Counted from the whole stretch's first letter, positions 25,568-38,059 are shown. The stretch: DNA of 63,146 bases, filler included, from Octopus bimaculoides (GCF_001194135.2; 5 parts of 5 records of this genome joined end to end with filler, not necessarily neighbours in it), one strand, 5' to 3'. Made by a program: numbers and translations. Notes: generated by a model not told the origin, from the sequence alone.

Positions 25568-26448
25568 GTAAGTAGTTTAATTAATTAGTATTGCTATTTC
25601 TCTCCCCAGCCATTCTTCCTATTTCATAAAAGTGGATCTCTTAATTAGATGCAAGAACAAAAAAAGGAACCTCAATGGAGTGACTTGACCTTCTAGAAAA
25701 GTCAACTAAATCTTCCTCATGTTATATGCTACTCTCTTAAAACAAGAACATGTCTCAAAAAAAGTGTGTGGGGGTGATCATAGAGCATCTTTGACCACTG
25801 GTTAGTTTGATCAAAGTTGATCTGAGATTAAACAACCACAGCAGTAGCAATAGTAACCAGTTTTATTGTGGTGAGGAAATTGGATTTTGTTATAATCTTG
25901 CTACAGGGTCTAAGAAGTGGTCAATTAGCAGAACCATTAGACCACTGGACGAAATGTCTAACAATGTTTGGGTTCTTTCTTATTCTGAGCTCAAATTTTG
26001 CTGATGTCAGCTTTGACTTTTGTTTTTCTTGGATTGATAAATAAAGTACTAATCCAAAGTAGTAGGTTGGTGGAATTGTTAGCATGTTGGGCAAAATGCT
26101 CTGGTTCTTTGTACCAGCTCTTTACATTCTGAGTCCCAAGACTAGAAAGAATTTGTATTTAGTAGACAAGAGAATGTATTTGTTGAAATTCCCTGAAGGA
26201 GAGCAAGAGGAAGTCACCTTTGTATAGGGCCATGAAATTTCCCTAACAACCTCAAAGTGCATCGTAAAGAAGTTACCCAAGGTCATTCATTGACCTGATG
26301 GACCAAGGGTGATATAAAACACAGCACAATAAGACGCTTGCTGCTGAGTCAAGAGTTTTTAGCTTTAAATTAACATTTCAACGGTTTAACCAGTTCTACT
26401 CCAATTATTTAATATTGTCTGGAAAAAAATATATAAATTCTTTCTTAA

Positions 26449-26666
26449 GCTTGGAGTTGTGACCTTCTCCTGTAATCCAACTACTTGGAGGCTTGGTTGG
26501 TTGGCCGGTTTGAGGATGGGAGTCCTGGTAGTCAGTCTTCTATGGTGATCATGTGTCCGCGCTAAGCTTGACATCAATATGGTGCTGAGGCAGGAGCTCA
26601 TCAGTCCCAGGTTGTCTAAGGAGGGCTGCTTTCGTCCAGCGTTGAAATGCAGCAGGAAAAAGACAC
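26449..26666 (+). pseudogene. 7SL: 3'-truncated 7SL (SRP RNA) copy
   Basis: Colinear SRP RNA landmarks: cctgtaatccaactacttggaggct (Alu domain), gtgtccgcgctaagcttgacatcaatatggtg, ccaggttgtctaaggaggg, ccagcgttgaaatgcagcagg (helix 8 with GAAA loop). It stops before the 3' strand of the long helix. Confidence 0.85.
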
Positions 26667-26685
26667 CCCCCCCCCCCGTCTTTAT

Positions 26686-27068
26686 AGGCACAGGCGTAGC
26701 TGTGTGGTAAGAAGCTTGCTTCCCAACCGCATGGTTACAGGTTCAGTCCCACTGCATGGCACCTTGGGCAAGGGTCATCTACAATAGCCTTGGGCCAACT
26801 AAAGCCTTGTGAGTGGATTGGTAGACAGAAACTGAAGGAAGTCCATTGTATGTATATAAATATGTAATGTGTGTGTGTCTGTTTGTTCCCTACACATACC
26901 AATTGATAACTGGGTTGATGTGTTTAAGTCTCTGTAACTTAGAAACTCAGAATAAGTACTAGGCTTACAAAGAATAAGTCCTGGGGGCAATTTGTTCGAC
27001 TAAAACCGTTCAAGGCAGTGCCCCAGCATGGCCGTAGTCAAATAACTGAAACAAGTAAAAGATAAAGG
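26686..27068 (+). mobile_element. SINE family B, full length
   Basis: Head ggcacaggcgtagctgtgtggtaag, CORE-like accttgggcaag, tail gaaacaagtaaaagataaa. Confidence 0.85.
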
Positions 27069-27522
27069 ATGAGCATTTAAACTGCATCTGGATACAATAT
27101 GCTAACATCCTAGATTATATCCATCCTATGCAATTGTGGAACAGACTCCAACAATTTTCTGCTTCTTATGAATTGATGGATCAAGCAATTCTAACTACTG
27201 TTTCACAAGACAACATTGCTGCCAGTAGTGTGTGAACAGTCCTCACTGATGATAACAACAGACTTGCATGACTGTATTTACAAATTCTAGTAACTAATCA
27301 AACTCTTTGGTTTGAGGCAAGTATATCTGTGTTGTTTAAACTCACTTTATAAACATATAGTTCTGAGTTGAGTTGCAGTGTATGACACAACACCCTGAGT
27401 GAAATTCAATAGGCAGAAATATGAAATTAAATGAAATATGAAATTAAAAAACAAAATAAGATGTATGAAAAACTAAACAATAAGCTAACTAAAAGCTGTA
27501 TCTTGAAACTATATTATTCCAG

Positions 27523-27670
27523 ACCAATGTATCTGGATCTACCACAAAGCTGGTTGTTCAGATTGAGTCACAGAACTATTACACACAATATGAAGTCCAG
27601 GTTCAAGCAAGAAATAATATTGGTATGGGGCCGAATTCAACAATAGTCACTATATATTCAGCCGAAGATT
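27523..27670 (+). CDS. Cont: Contactin-like gene exon (FnIII; phase 0-1): TNVSGSTTKLVVQIESQNYYTQYEVQVQARNNIGMGPNSTIVTIYSAED
   Basis: ttattccag| acceptor, |gtgagt donor, 148 nt; 'Y.V.VQA.N..G.GP.S...IYSAED' motif; in frame with both neighbouring exons. Confidence 0.92.
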
Positions 27671-27706
27671 GTGAGTATATTTTCATGTCATAATTTGTCA
27701 TCATAA

Positions 27707-28515
27707 TATTAGGTTGGTAAATAAGTCTGTGATGTTTAATCACATGATCTGTTTTATCACATGACAGGAACATACAACATATATATATATATATATTCTG
27801 AAAGAAGAGATTTCAACGTAGTTTTCTGTTTGAATTTTATGTGGATTACTTACCTCTACTGTTCTTGTAATAAAATTGAAAATAAACGAAAATGAAATAC
27901 ATTTTCATCATTTAATGCTCTTTTATTTCAAGAAAGACAAAAATGCTGCACAAACAGCAAAGTAGATATGTGCTGTTTATGGAGATAGTATCATAGCTGA
28001 AAGTACTGTTCGTAAGTGATTTGCTATGTTTAGAACTGAAAATTTTGACCTGGAAGATCGTGAACATTCTGGCTGGATTACAGTCATTGATAATAAACAA
28101 ATTGTAATTTTAATACCAAATAATCCATGTCACACAATGCAAGACATCTCAGATTTTCCTCTTATCTCATGTGAGCATTATAAAGCATTTAAAAACACTT
28201 GGTTACATGAATCACTATGATGCTTGGATGTCTCATAACTTAACAGGAAAAAAACTTAGTAGAGTGCATTTTCATCTGCGATTCTCTGCTCAGACGAAAC
28301 AAAAATTATCCATTTTTGAAAAGAATGATCATGTGTGATGACAAATGGATTAATTACAACAATGTAGAACAAAAAAGTTCTGGAGAAAATGAGATGAATA
28401 GATTTCAATCTCTCCAAAAGCTGGTCTGTATCCGGTGTGGTTGGAAGGACATTGTGTATTATGAACTACTTCCACAAAATCAGACATTAAATTCTGACTA
28501 TTATTGTTCCCAATT
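27707..28515 (+). mobile_element. Truncated mariner transposase relic
   Basis: TA-TTAGGTTGG terminus; FRTENFDLEDREHSG, FLKRMIMCDDKWINYNN, IVYYELLPQNQTLNSDYYCSQL; stops and frameshifts. Confidence 0.85.
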
Positions 28516-29047
28516 AGTGGATGATGTAACAATTAAAGCAATCTATACTCCCTAAAGATACTTTGAGTACATCCTAATTGCAGTCAGCCAAGTGCAAGCA
28601 TAGTGTATTCTATTGTAACCCCACTGCCTTATTGGGGGAAACAATCCATTGTCTGATTGGGTGCCTTTAGTTAGGGCCACTCTGTTACATGCATTTGGAT
28701 TAGGTTTCTGATGTGATTCAACTTTGAATACCAGTCAGTACTGGAGACCATTTAACCTTTTTACTGCAGAAAGCAGTTTTATATACCAATCTATCTTCTG
28801 TTGAGGAATGTCATGTTTAAAACTATTTTTTGTTGGGATATGTCAAGTTTATTGAGACAACATGACTTGCAGAAAATACCAATTCTTTACTGGAATAACC
28901 ATTGAAATTTAATTTTACAATAAAACAGTTAAATTATCTATACCCCTCCCCTAAAATTGGGGTGTTGTACCTATGTAAGAAATTACTGTTGGCATTTAGA
29001 AGAATAACTATACAAATACTTTGCAGTATTTGTTCTGGTCAGTGCAA

Positions 29048-29265
29048 TTAGCTGGAAGAATTGTTAGCATGCTAGATAAAATGCTTTGCAGCATTTCATT
29101 TGTCTTTATGTACTGAGTTCAAATCTGCCAAGGTTGACTTTGCTTTTCATCCTTTCGGGGTTGATGAAATAAATACTATTTAAACACTGGGGTTGATGTA
29201 ATCAACTTACTTCTTCCCCCGAACTTACTGGCTGGATGCCAAAATTTGAAACCAATATTTGTTCT
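29048..29265 (+). mobile_element. SINE family A (diverged); further fragments to about 29560
   Basis: Family A body. Confidence 0.7.
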
Positions 29266-29738
29266 GGCTCTGTATGTACTGAGTCTTGTCTCAGTCGAGT
29301 TCACCTTTCACCTTTTCAGAGTTGATAGAATAAAGTACCAGTCAAGTACTGGTACTTTATTTGACTAACCCCACCCTCCCCATCAAAATTTCAGACCTTG
29401 TGCCTATGTTAGAAACTATTGTTATTTGGATTAGAGCATTTGACACTTGTTTCAGCTCTTCATGTATGGAATTCAAATCCTGCTAAGGACAACTTAGACT
29501 TTCCTCTCTTTGGGTTCAGTAAAATAAATTACAGGTACTGGGGTCAGTGTAATCAACTAACTCCATTCCTTTATAATTGCTGACTATTATTGCCACTTTT
29601 GTCATCTGTATGTTAATATCAGACCAAATGTATGATGCTGTCATCTGGTTAACTGAAGAGAGAGGCAAAAAAATGAGAGCTATGTGAAAGGAATTGTTGC
29701 TATGTTATGCAGTTAAATAATTAAAGGAAGAGGTAGAG

Positions 29739-29954
29739 CAGTGTTTCTCAACCATGTTTACCTATGGACCCCTTTGATTCCTATATTACTTGGATGGACC
29801 CTTCTAGCCATGTATGTTTAAAAAATTATATATTTTTATAATTAAATATTATTAGGAATTGCAGAAAAAAAAATTGTTAAAAAATTTGTGCATTCTACAA
29901 GTACAACTAATTTATTACAGATAAGTTTTGATAAGATCTTCTTGAGAACCACTA
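29739..29954. mobile_element. hAT (Charlie-like) MITE
   Basis: TIRs cagtgtttctcaa / ttgagaaccacta, with a perfect 8-bp TSD aggtagag on both sides (29731-29738 and 29955-29962). Confidence 0.9.
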
Positions 29955-30338
29955 AGGTAGAGGAAAAAGAGAGAAAGTGGATGTGTTTATTCCAGAGGAT
30001 ATGATGTTGTTGAAAGGAGAAGAAACGAGTGTGTGTGTGTGTGTGTGCATATTTATTGAAGGGACTATGAAAGCGGAAAGCAATTTCAAGATTTTAAATG
30101 TATAATAGAATAATTGTGACAGACAATAAAAATAAAAATTTAATTGTTGCTGCCTGGTTCATGTATTTTCATGATTTCTGTGTGTTGATGTATATCTGTC
30201 TGCATAAATATATTGACAAAAGAAAGATGGATGACTTGATATATCTATTGATAACTTAGTTAAGTAGTGTGAAATAACCTTGGTTAGCAAATACTTGTGG
30301 ATGTTAATTCTACAATTGTTTTTTCTACTTTCATTTAG

Positions 30339-30460
30339 TACCAGCAATTACCGTGACAAATGTAAAGGGGTATGCTTACAATGCCACAGCTATCAAGGTA
30401 ACTTGGAACCCTGTAAAAGAAGACAGGAAGTCATTAAAAGGAAAACTACGGGGATATAAG
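30339..30460 (+). CDS. Cont: Contactin-like gene exon (FnIII; phase 1-0): (L)PAITVTNVKGYAYNATAIKVTWNPVKEDRKSLKGKLRGYK
   Basis: ttcatttag| acceptor, |gtacta donor, 122 nt; joins the upstream exon as YSAED-L-P. Confidence 0.9.
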
Positions 30461-30927
30461 GTACTACGGGCCTTTTTGTGTTTTTGAATTAATTATTTTA
30501 TACAATTTATTTAACTAATTATTTAAAGCTTGTTGCTTTTAAATTAATTTTAGCAAGACTATTAATTGGTTTGTTTTTTATTTAATTTGTTATGATATTA
30601 AGATGTTAAGAATAAGTGGTTATGTTGTTTAAGAAATGATAGTTTTTATGCCATTTTTATCAGTAATGCTGTTAGAACAATTTGTGAAGGTTGCTATTAA
30701 AACTGAGTCAATAGGCTGTATATTGCTGAGAAATTTTCATTTAACTTGTATAAACTACAGCCAACCTTCTAGATTCCTCCCTTAAATACTCATACTCCAA
30801 AAACTTTGGAATATGAATGTTTAATGGAGGAATCTAATACTATTTCATTTTTACTCAGAGCTGAATGTCTTCTAAATTAATCATTAAGATTGTTTAAATT
30901 ATGAGCATTCTCTTTCTTTTATTACAG

Positions 30928-31114
30928 ATAAAGTACTGGAAATCAAATTTAAATGAGCTGAGAGCTATTGAAGCTATACATTATGGACAAGCTGAGGAGG
31001 CTCTATTAATTGGCTTACTACCCAACAACTACTATGACTTCCGAATGATGGTGTTTAACAGTGCTGGATTTGGACCAATCAGTGACAAATACTTTGCTAA
31101 AACTTATCATAAAC
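30928..31114 (+). CDS. Cont: Contactin-like gene exon (FnIII; phase 0-1): IKYWKSNLNELRAIEAIHYGQAEEALLIGLLPNNYYDFRMMVFNSAGFGPISDKYFAKTYHK
   Basis: tttattacag| acceptor, |gtaagg donor, 187 nt; FnIII 'L.P...Y.F...FN.AG.GP.S'. Confidence 0.92.
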
Positions 31115-31753
31115 GTAAGGTCTTATCTATTTGAGACCCGTTTACTCTTTGCTCCATTGTTTATTGTTCTTGTTGTTTTTGTTTTTCTTCTCCTTAGCAT
31201 TAGCACTGTACCACATAGCAGTATGTTGTGAAAGGTCTTGGTTACAGAATATAACCGTTAAAGCCATATGCACATGGTTTCCTCTTGGCTGTTGTGCTTT
31301 ACAAGCCACGATTTCTGACTTGGTAGACATCATGGAAGACAGCCATGTGGTTACAAGGAGAACACAATGGGAAGTGGCGATGTTGATACTTTTCCTTTCC
31401 CCAAAATATGTTGGAATCAATATTGTTATATTCTGAGGCTGTCATACTACCAGTTAACATACTCATTAGCTGTGGCCCACTTTAATTTGCAGCAGGGTCT
31501 GTGCCAGGCTTTTAAATACCCTAAGTTAGATCTACAATGAACACCTCCTTCTCCTAGTTGCAACTGTTTGCTGAATACAGCCAAAATCAGTAACTTTTAA
31601 TATATATATTTGAATAAGTTGGAGTCAACAATAGATGTCTAACTGCACTCCTTGTTGACTTCAATTTATTTTATCATCTATTCACACACTAAAGAAGCCC
31701 ATATACAATGTCTTCTCTAAACTATATATATTTGTGCTAAAGTCAATTGAATA

Positions 31754-32986
31754 TATTGGGCCATCCCATAAATAATGTTTTTTTTATACTTCTTTTATTT
31801 TTCAAAATTAAGATGAAAATTAATCTAAAATATACTCTTCTTCATTTTCTACAATGCTTTTCCATCTATCTGGTAGACTTGCAAGGCCCCTCTTCCAAAA
31901 TTCACTTGTCCATGATGAAAAATACTCCTCCAGTACTGTTCTGACTTCATCTACAAAATTCACATTTTTTCCATCCAAATGATTTTGAGGATTGTGGAAT
32001 AAATGATAATCAGATGGGGCAATGTCCAGCTAATATAGTGTGTGGGGCATCGTTCCCCATCCAAACTGCTCCAGCCTTTGAAATGTGATCTTTGCTGTAT
32101 GTGGCCAAACATTATCCTGACGGAAGAACACCTTTTGTCTCGAAACCAAAGATGGTCATTTTTCTTCTAGTGTTGACTTGAGTTACTGAAGCTGCTCTCA
32201 ATAGATCTCCTTTGTTATCATTTGGTTTGGGTTTAAAAGTTCAAAGTGGACTAAATCTTTCATATCCCACCAAACAGATAACAAGACCATATGTGGGTGA
32301 AGACCTTCTTTAGCTTGGGGTGCTGGTGTTTTTCCTTTACCTACTCACTGTCTTCAGTGCTTGACATTTTTATAGAGAACCCACTTCTCATCACCATTCA
32401 CTATTTGGTTCAAAAAAGGTTCATTCATGAGATATGACAGTAAAGAAAAGCACACATTCTGTCCCTTCACGCGATTAGACTCAGATAGTTTGTGAAGGAT
32501 CCATTGACACAATTTGCTGACTTTTCTGATAGCATGCCGGTGTTGATGAATGGTTGAATGATCAAATCCAAGCTTCTCTGCTAGTTCCTCGACAATTACG
32601 ATGAGATTTTGTTCCACCAGAGTTTGCAGGATGTCCTTGTTGAGCTCTACAGGTCTTCTAGGATGAGGCTTGTCTTCTAGGCTGTAGTTTCTGGCTTGGA
32701 ATTTCTGGAACCACTGTTGACACTGGCTTACGCTTATTGTCTGGTCCCCATATATTGCATTAATATTCTTTGCATTTTCTATTGCGTTGTTGCTTTTATT
32801 GAACTCATAAAGCAAAATATGCTGAATATGTTCATTTGTCACTTCCATTATAGCTTTGAAAAACTCTTCAAAACTTGCACTGAGAATGCTTTTATAGCAA
32901 GTTGATGCAGATAGTTTATCCTGTCCCCCTTCAACTTTTAGTTCATGCAATTTTAAAAACCATATTATTTATGGGATGATCCAATA
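31754..32986 (-). mobile_element. Near full-length degenerate mariner (Mos1-like) element
   Basis: 23-bp TIRs (tattgggccatcccataaataat vs tattggatcatcccataaataat, 2 mismatches) with TA ends; HTH region, IVNGDEKWVLY, QDN, DIAPSDYHLF; several stops. Confidence 0.92.
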
Positions 32987-32988
32987 TA

Positions 32989-33047
<59 letters not shown>

Positions 33048-33523
33048 NNNNNNNNNNNNNNNNNNNNNNNNNNNNNNNNNNNNNNNNNNNNNNNNNNNNN
33101 NNNNNNNNNNNNNNNNNNNNNNNNNNNNNNNNNNNNNNNNNNNNNNNNNNNNNNNNNNNNNNNNNNNNNNNNNNNNNNNNNNNNNNNNNNNNNNNNNNNN
33201 NNNNNNNNNNNNNNNNNNNNNNNNNNNNNNNNNNNNNNNNNNAATGATGATGATGAAGACAAACCAAACACCTTAATTTTTGGTAAAATCCAGAATTTGA
33301 GGAAACAAAAGTCAGGATGAGTAAGAAAGCAATAATGGTAATTTTCTATGTAACAAACCTGTGTCTAGAACATAGATGATTTCACTCTTTTCAGCAACTA
33401 AACTTACTTAAACCTTCAAACTGTTTTCTTCTTATTACTTTAGATCTGACTTTGCAATTTGATATCTATTAAAATGAACCACAAATGAAATTCTTAGAGT
33501 TTACATTTCTTTCTTTCTAACAG

Positions 33524-33639
33524 CACCGAACGACTATCCAACTGAAGTAAAGATCCTACCGCTCGGTTCTAATTCTTGTATTGTAACGTTTAGAGGTGTT
33601 AGCACCAAGAGTGATGAGGAACCACTGCAAGGGTATTTG
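33524..33639 (+). CDS. Cont: Contactin-like gene exon (FnIII; phase 1-0): (P)PNDYPTEVKILPLGSNSCIVTFRGVSTKSDEEPLQGYL
   Basis: ttctttctaacag| acceptor, |gtaaga donor, 116 nt; 'RGV....EEPL.GY' typical of the last FnIII of protostome contactins. Confidence 0.9.
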
Positions 33640-33966
33640 GTAAGAATTGAATACAGCAAATTACTCACCAGTTTCTTGGATTGTCTTGGTGTTAAAGAAC
33701 ATTTCAATGACATTCAGTTATTTCACAAACACACTCGATGTGTGTGTTTGTGAACATGATGTTTGTGTATGTGTGTGTGTGTATTAATATTTGTTTTTGT
33801 GTTCAGTTATAATAAAAGCAATTTTGCATTAATCTGATGGATTACTCTATACTTTTGTAGAGTACAAATTTGTTGACAGTGACTTCGAAGTTTCTGCTTG
33901 TTAAGGCAGTCTTATTATACCTTAGCTTGCTGAAACTTGTCAATAACATTTTTGCTTAAGAACAAT

Positions 33967-34505
33967 ATCATCATCATCATCATCATCGTTTAACGTCCGC
34001 TTTCCATGCTAGCATGGGTTGGACGATTTGACTGAGGACTGGTGAAACCAGATGGCTACACCAGGTTCGAGCGTGTTCATTGCCAGAGCAGCTGTCTGGC
34101 TTCCATGCTAGTGGCCCGTAAATAGCACCATTAGAGCATAATCGTTATCAGCCTTCTAGCACTTGTGCTGGTGGCACGTTAGAAAATCATTCGAGCGAGG
34201 TCGTTGCCAGTGCTTCTGGACTGGCTCCCGTGCAGGTGGCACCTAAAAAACACCTTTTTGAGCGTGGCACCTAAAAAACACCTTTTTGAGCGTGGCCGTG
34301 CCAGTACTGTGTGACTGGCCCTCCTGCTGGTGGCACGTAAAAGCACCCACTACACTCTCAGAGAGGTTGGTGTTACGAAGGGCATCCAGCTGTAGAAACT
34401 CTGTCAGATCAGATTGGAGCCTGGTGCAGCCTTCTGGCTTGCCAGTCCTCAGTCAAATTGTTCAACCCATGCTAGCATGGAAAGCGGACGTTAAACGATG
34501 ATGAT
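33967..34505. mobile_element. Fold-back element with ~80-bp inverted ends capped by (ATC)n / (GAT)n
   Basis: 33987-34065 vs 34420-34497 are inverted; the outer 35 bp are perfect. Internal 'aagggcatccagctgtagaaa' motif and a direct duplication of 'gtggcacctaaaaaacacctttttgagc'. Confidence 0.85.
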
Positions 34506-35179
34506 ATATTTATATATATATTATTTTGTTGTATTTGTTTTCGTCTTTGTCTTGTACGCTTGTTAGCTATTCCCAGTGGCTTTTCACTGCCAGTGCCACC
34601 AAAAGTGAACAATATCAACATTAAAGGCATGAAATTGTAAGGATCTTTTGGACGATTAATGATGAGAAAGTAGCTATGAATTTCCTTTTTGTTGTGTTTT
34701 TGTTAAATTTTCAAAATATGTATAATGAATGAAAGAATGAAGATACCTTTGTTATAGTTTATAATCATTTCACTTTTAAGTGGAACCATTTTATCTATTT
34801 ACCCATTAGTTTGTACATATAAAAATTATGCTAATAGTTAATTAATAAGGTTACCACCAACTTTCTTGTTAAACCACTTAAAAGTTACAATTCTTGTATT
34901 ATTTTATATGCATAAACCAAAGTGTAAATTGATTAAGTAGTTCCACTACCTATTGAAATGGCCATAATCTTTAATACAGTTATGTAATAACATCATCTTT
35001 ATTCTCTTGTCTGTTAATTGTTATACTCTGAAAAATGCACCAAATACTTTGTTGGTGAATTTCATTGAACATGTGCCTGTGGATTCTGATTTTCCACTTT
35101 TTACATTCTGTTAGCCAGGTTTTTGCATGGAGTGCTGACTGTGGTATTCTGGATTTATTTAATTCCTACTTTCTCTCTG

Positions 35180-35229
<50 letters not shown>

Positions 35230-36175
35230 GTATGTATATATATAATGTATGTATATATATAATGTATGTATGTGTGTATCTATGTATGTATGTTTATATA
35301 TATTATTATTTATTATTATTATTACTGTATAAGGCAGTGAGCTGGCAGAATCATTAGCTGCTAAGCATTTTGTCCATCCTTATACTCTGAGATTTGTGGT
35401 TTGTCTGCCTTCCAAAAGAGTCTTATGTTTTTTTATTATAATATCTTAACTCTTTTAACTGATTGTATCCAATACTACTTGTTGAAAATCTTACCAGAGA
35501 ATCAAGAGACAAGACTGCATTGGTACAGTCATGTAATGCATATGGATGAAGACAGTTGTATCATGAGGTGCTGATTTCTGATTATAGAGATCAACACATG
35601 TGGAAGTATAGACCCAGGAAAGCGTTGGACAAAGTGTTGAAAAAGTGTCTACAGACATTGAGACTCACAGAGGGGATGACAGGGGAGCAAGATTCCTAGC
35701 AGTTTGCAGTGCTTGAAAACACATGTCAAGCTAAGTAAAAGCATGGTTGTCCTTGCATACAGGCATTTCCCCTGCATCCCACTTTTGCTGAGTGTTCTTA
35801 ATCTTGTGGGATCATGGGTGTTAGTGCCACAGAAAATATACCTATGCCATTGCTGTGTAAAAGCACCCAGCACACTCTGGTTGGCATTAGGAAGGGAATC
35901 CAGTCATAGAAACTATGCCAAAACAGACATGAAGCCTGGGCAGCTCTTCAGCTGACCAGCTCTTGTCAAACCGTTCAACCCATAAAGCAATAAAAAAAAA
36001 TGTCTCAAAATGAAATGTTTTCTCCAAAAAAATTTGCTGGGAAAGGGCTTAAATCAATAGTAGTAGAAAATCCAGTTGACTGAATAATTGAATTCTCATT
36101 GTTGAATGATTGAAATCCACTGTTACTACTAAGAAAACCTATTTCTGCTTTTTCTTCCTTTTTTTCCATTGACAG

Positions 36176-36359
36176 GTCAAATACTGGTTGGTAAATGATG
36201 ATATCCGACAGGCAATGCAGGTAGATTTGGGACGTGAAGTTCAAGGAGAAATCAGAAATTTGAGAAAAGCGGTTGTATACAACCTACGTGTCATTGGCTA
36301 TAGCCGTGGGGGTGAAGGAGCAAAGAGTTCACCTGTCACTCAGTTTACGATAACAAAAG
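36176..36359 (+). CDS. Cont: Contactin-like gene exon (FnIII; phase 0-1): VKYWLVNDDIRQAMQVDLGREVQGEIRNLRKAVVYNLRVIGYSRGGEGAKSSPVTQFTITK
   Basis: tttccattgacag| acceptor, |gtaagt donor, 184 nt; 'Y.LRV..YS.GG.G..SSP' contactin signature. Confidence 0.92.
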
Positions 36360-37044
36360 GTAAGTCAATTTACAAATACAGATTTTGTTCCCTTACTCAG
36401 TTGAAACTTTGACCTTTACGCATACTTTGTGTGTGCTAAAATAAGAATCAGCAACATGTTTCAGCATTGAATGGGATCCAGTGGAAGTGTCAGAAGAAAA
36501 TTTGAGCATACCAAGGGGGATTACAACGTATTCAAAATAGGGTCACATGCAATGTGAAACATCCCAGGGACAGAGATCATTGTTATATCCTCTTGAGGAA
36601 CAAAAAGATGATACCAGTTAAATGGCAATTCAGTGGTTAAAGGCTTGCTTATGTGGCAAATAAACTTTTCTCACTTTTAGTTAGAGGAAGAAGAGGAGAA
36701 GTACCCTTGCTATTTTTTCAGGATGTCTGCAACTGGTGGAAAGATGGATAGAAGTTAACTTCACACAAGAGTTTTGGCTTAAATACTTACAACACAACTC
36801 TGCTGAAGCTATCACTCTGGTGTTAGTGTTAGATGAGATGATGAATTAAGTTTATCACCCATAAATAAGAAAAAATGTTCTGGATGACTTCTATGCAGTT
36901 TTCTACCAAATTTCATTCACAAGGTTTTGGTAGATGTTTTATGTCTAATCCTCCCCCAGTTGTGAGACACAAAGAAACAAGATTCCACCACAATGAGTGA
37001 CCTGCTACAGTTGTTTTTGATTTTATCTACTTTTGAGTGTTTAA

Positions 37045-37265
37045 CCCTTTAGTGTTTGCATTATTCTGCCAAAATTGATGCTTTTTTATCCACATTGTTT
37101 TGAACTAATCATGCATTATCTTGTAGCTATGAGATTTTGATGAGGTAGCTGCTAATTTTTAAAATGATATTGTAGGGTTGGTGTGAGAGACCAGATCTGG
37201 CCAGTTCTAACATAAAACAGGCAGAATACTTTTGGCCGGATATGGCCAGTTTAAATGCTAAAGGG
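37045..37265. mobile_element. piggyBac-like MITE
   Basis: ttaa|ccctttag ... ctaaaggg|ttaa. Confidence 0.85.
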
Positions 37266-37390
37266 TTAAGGTCTTCTTAGAACATTCAGCCCATGGTATT
37301 CTTCAGTTGGCCCTTTTCCTATTTTCCTCCTTCTGATGTCTGTATCATGGGAGTCTTTGCATGTCGAGTTGGCTGAAGATGTTTGCTTAA

Positions 37391-37608
37391 CCCGTTCGTT
37401 ACTGTATTTATTTTGAGATGCTCTGTTTCTTTCAATTACTTTAAATATAACACAGAATTTAGTAAAATAACTTAGTTACCATTCAGCTAGTGTTAGAAAC
37501 ATAAATTGTAACTAAGGTTTGGTGGAAGATTTTTATTCAAAACTTATGAAAACAAGACATTTGTACTCAGAGCCAGAGCCGGTTTCAGCTGGGTTGGTAA
37601 CGAAGGGG
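37391..37608. mobile_element. piggyBac-like MITE, second family
   Basis: ttaa|cccgttcgttac ... gtaacgaagggg|ttaa. Confidence 0.8.
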
Positions 37609-37699
37609 TTAAAATGTCACACACTGGTATTGAACTTGGAATCAAATAGACCTTCTAAAAACTTAATGCGCCAGCTTATCTGCTTTGTCTTAGATGTAC

Positions 37700-38059
37700 T
37701 CTTTTACTTGTTTCAGTCATTTGACTGTGGCCATGCTGGAGCACCACCTTTATTCTTTGGAAGCCTAGTACTTATTCTATCGGTCTCTTTTGCCGAACCG
37801 CTAAGTTACGGGGGCGTAAACACACCAGCATCGGTTGTCAAGCGATGTTGGGGGGACAAACACAGACACACACACATATATATATACATATATACAACGG
37901 GCTTCTTTCAGTTTTCCGTCTACCAAATCCACTCACAAGGCCTTTGGTCGGCCCGAGACTATAGAAGACGACACTTGCCCAAGGTGCCACACAGTAGGAA
38001 TGAACCCAGAACCATGTGGTTGGTAAGCAAGCTACTTAGCACACAGCCACTCCTGCACC
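37700..38059 (-). mobile_element. SINE family B, full length
   Basis: Reverse complement of family B from head to tail. Confidence 0.88.

Noticed and set aside
34236-34345. Short regularly recurring 'gtggcac(c/g)taaaa' units resembling a repeat-spacer array
   Set aside because: Internal sub-repeats of a eukaryotic mobile element; the spacers are not unique and there are no cas genes.
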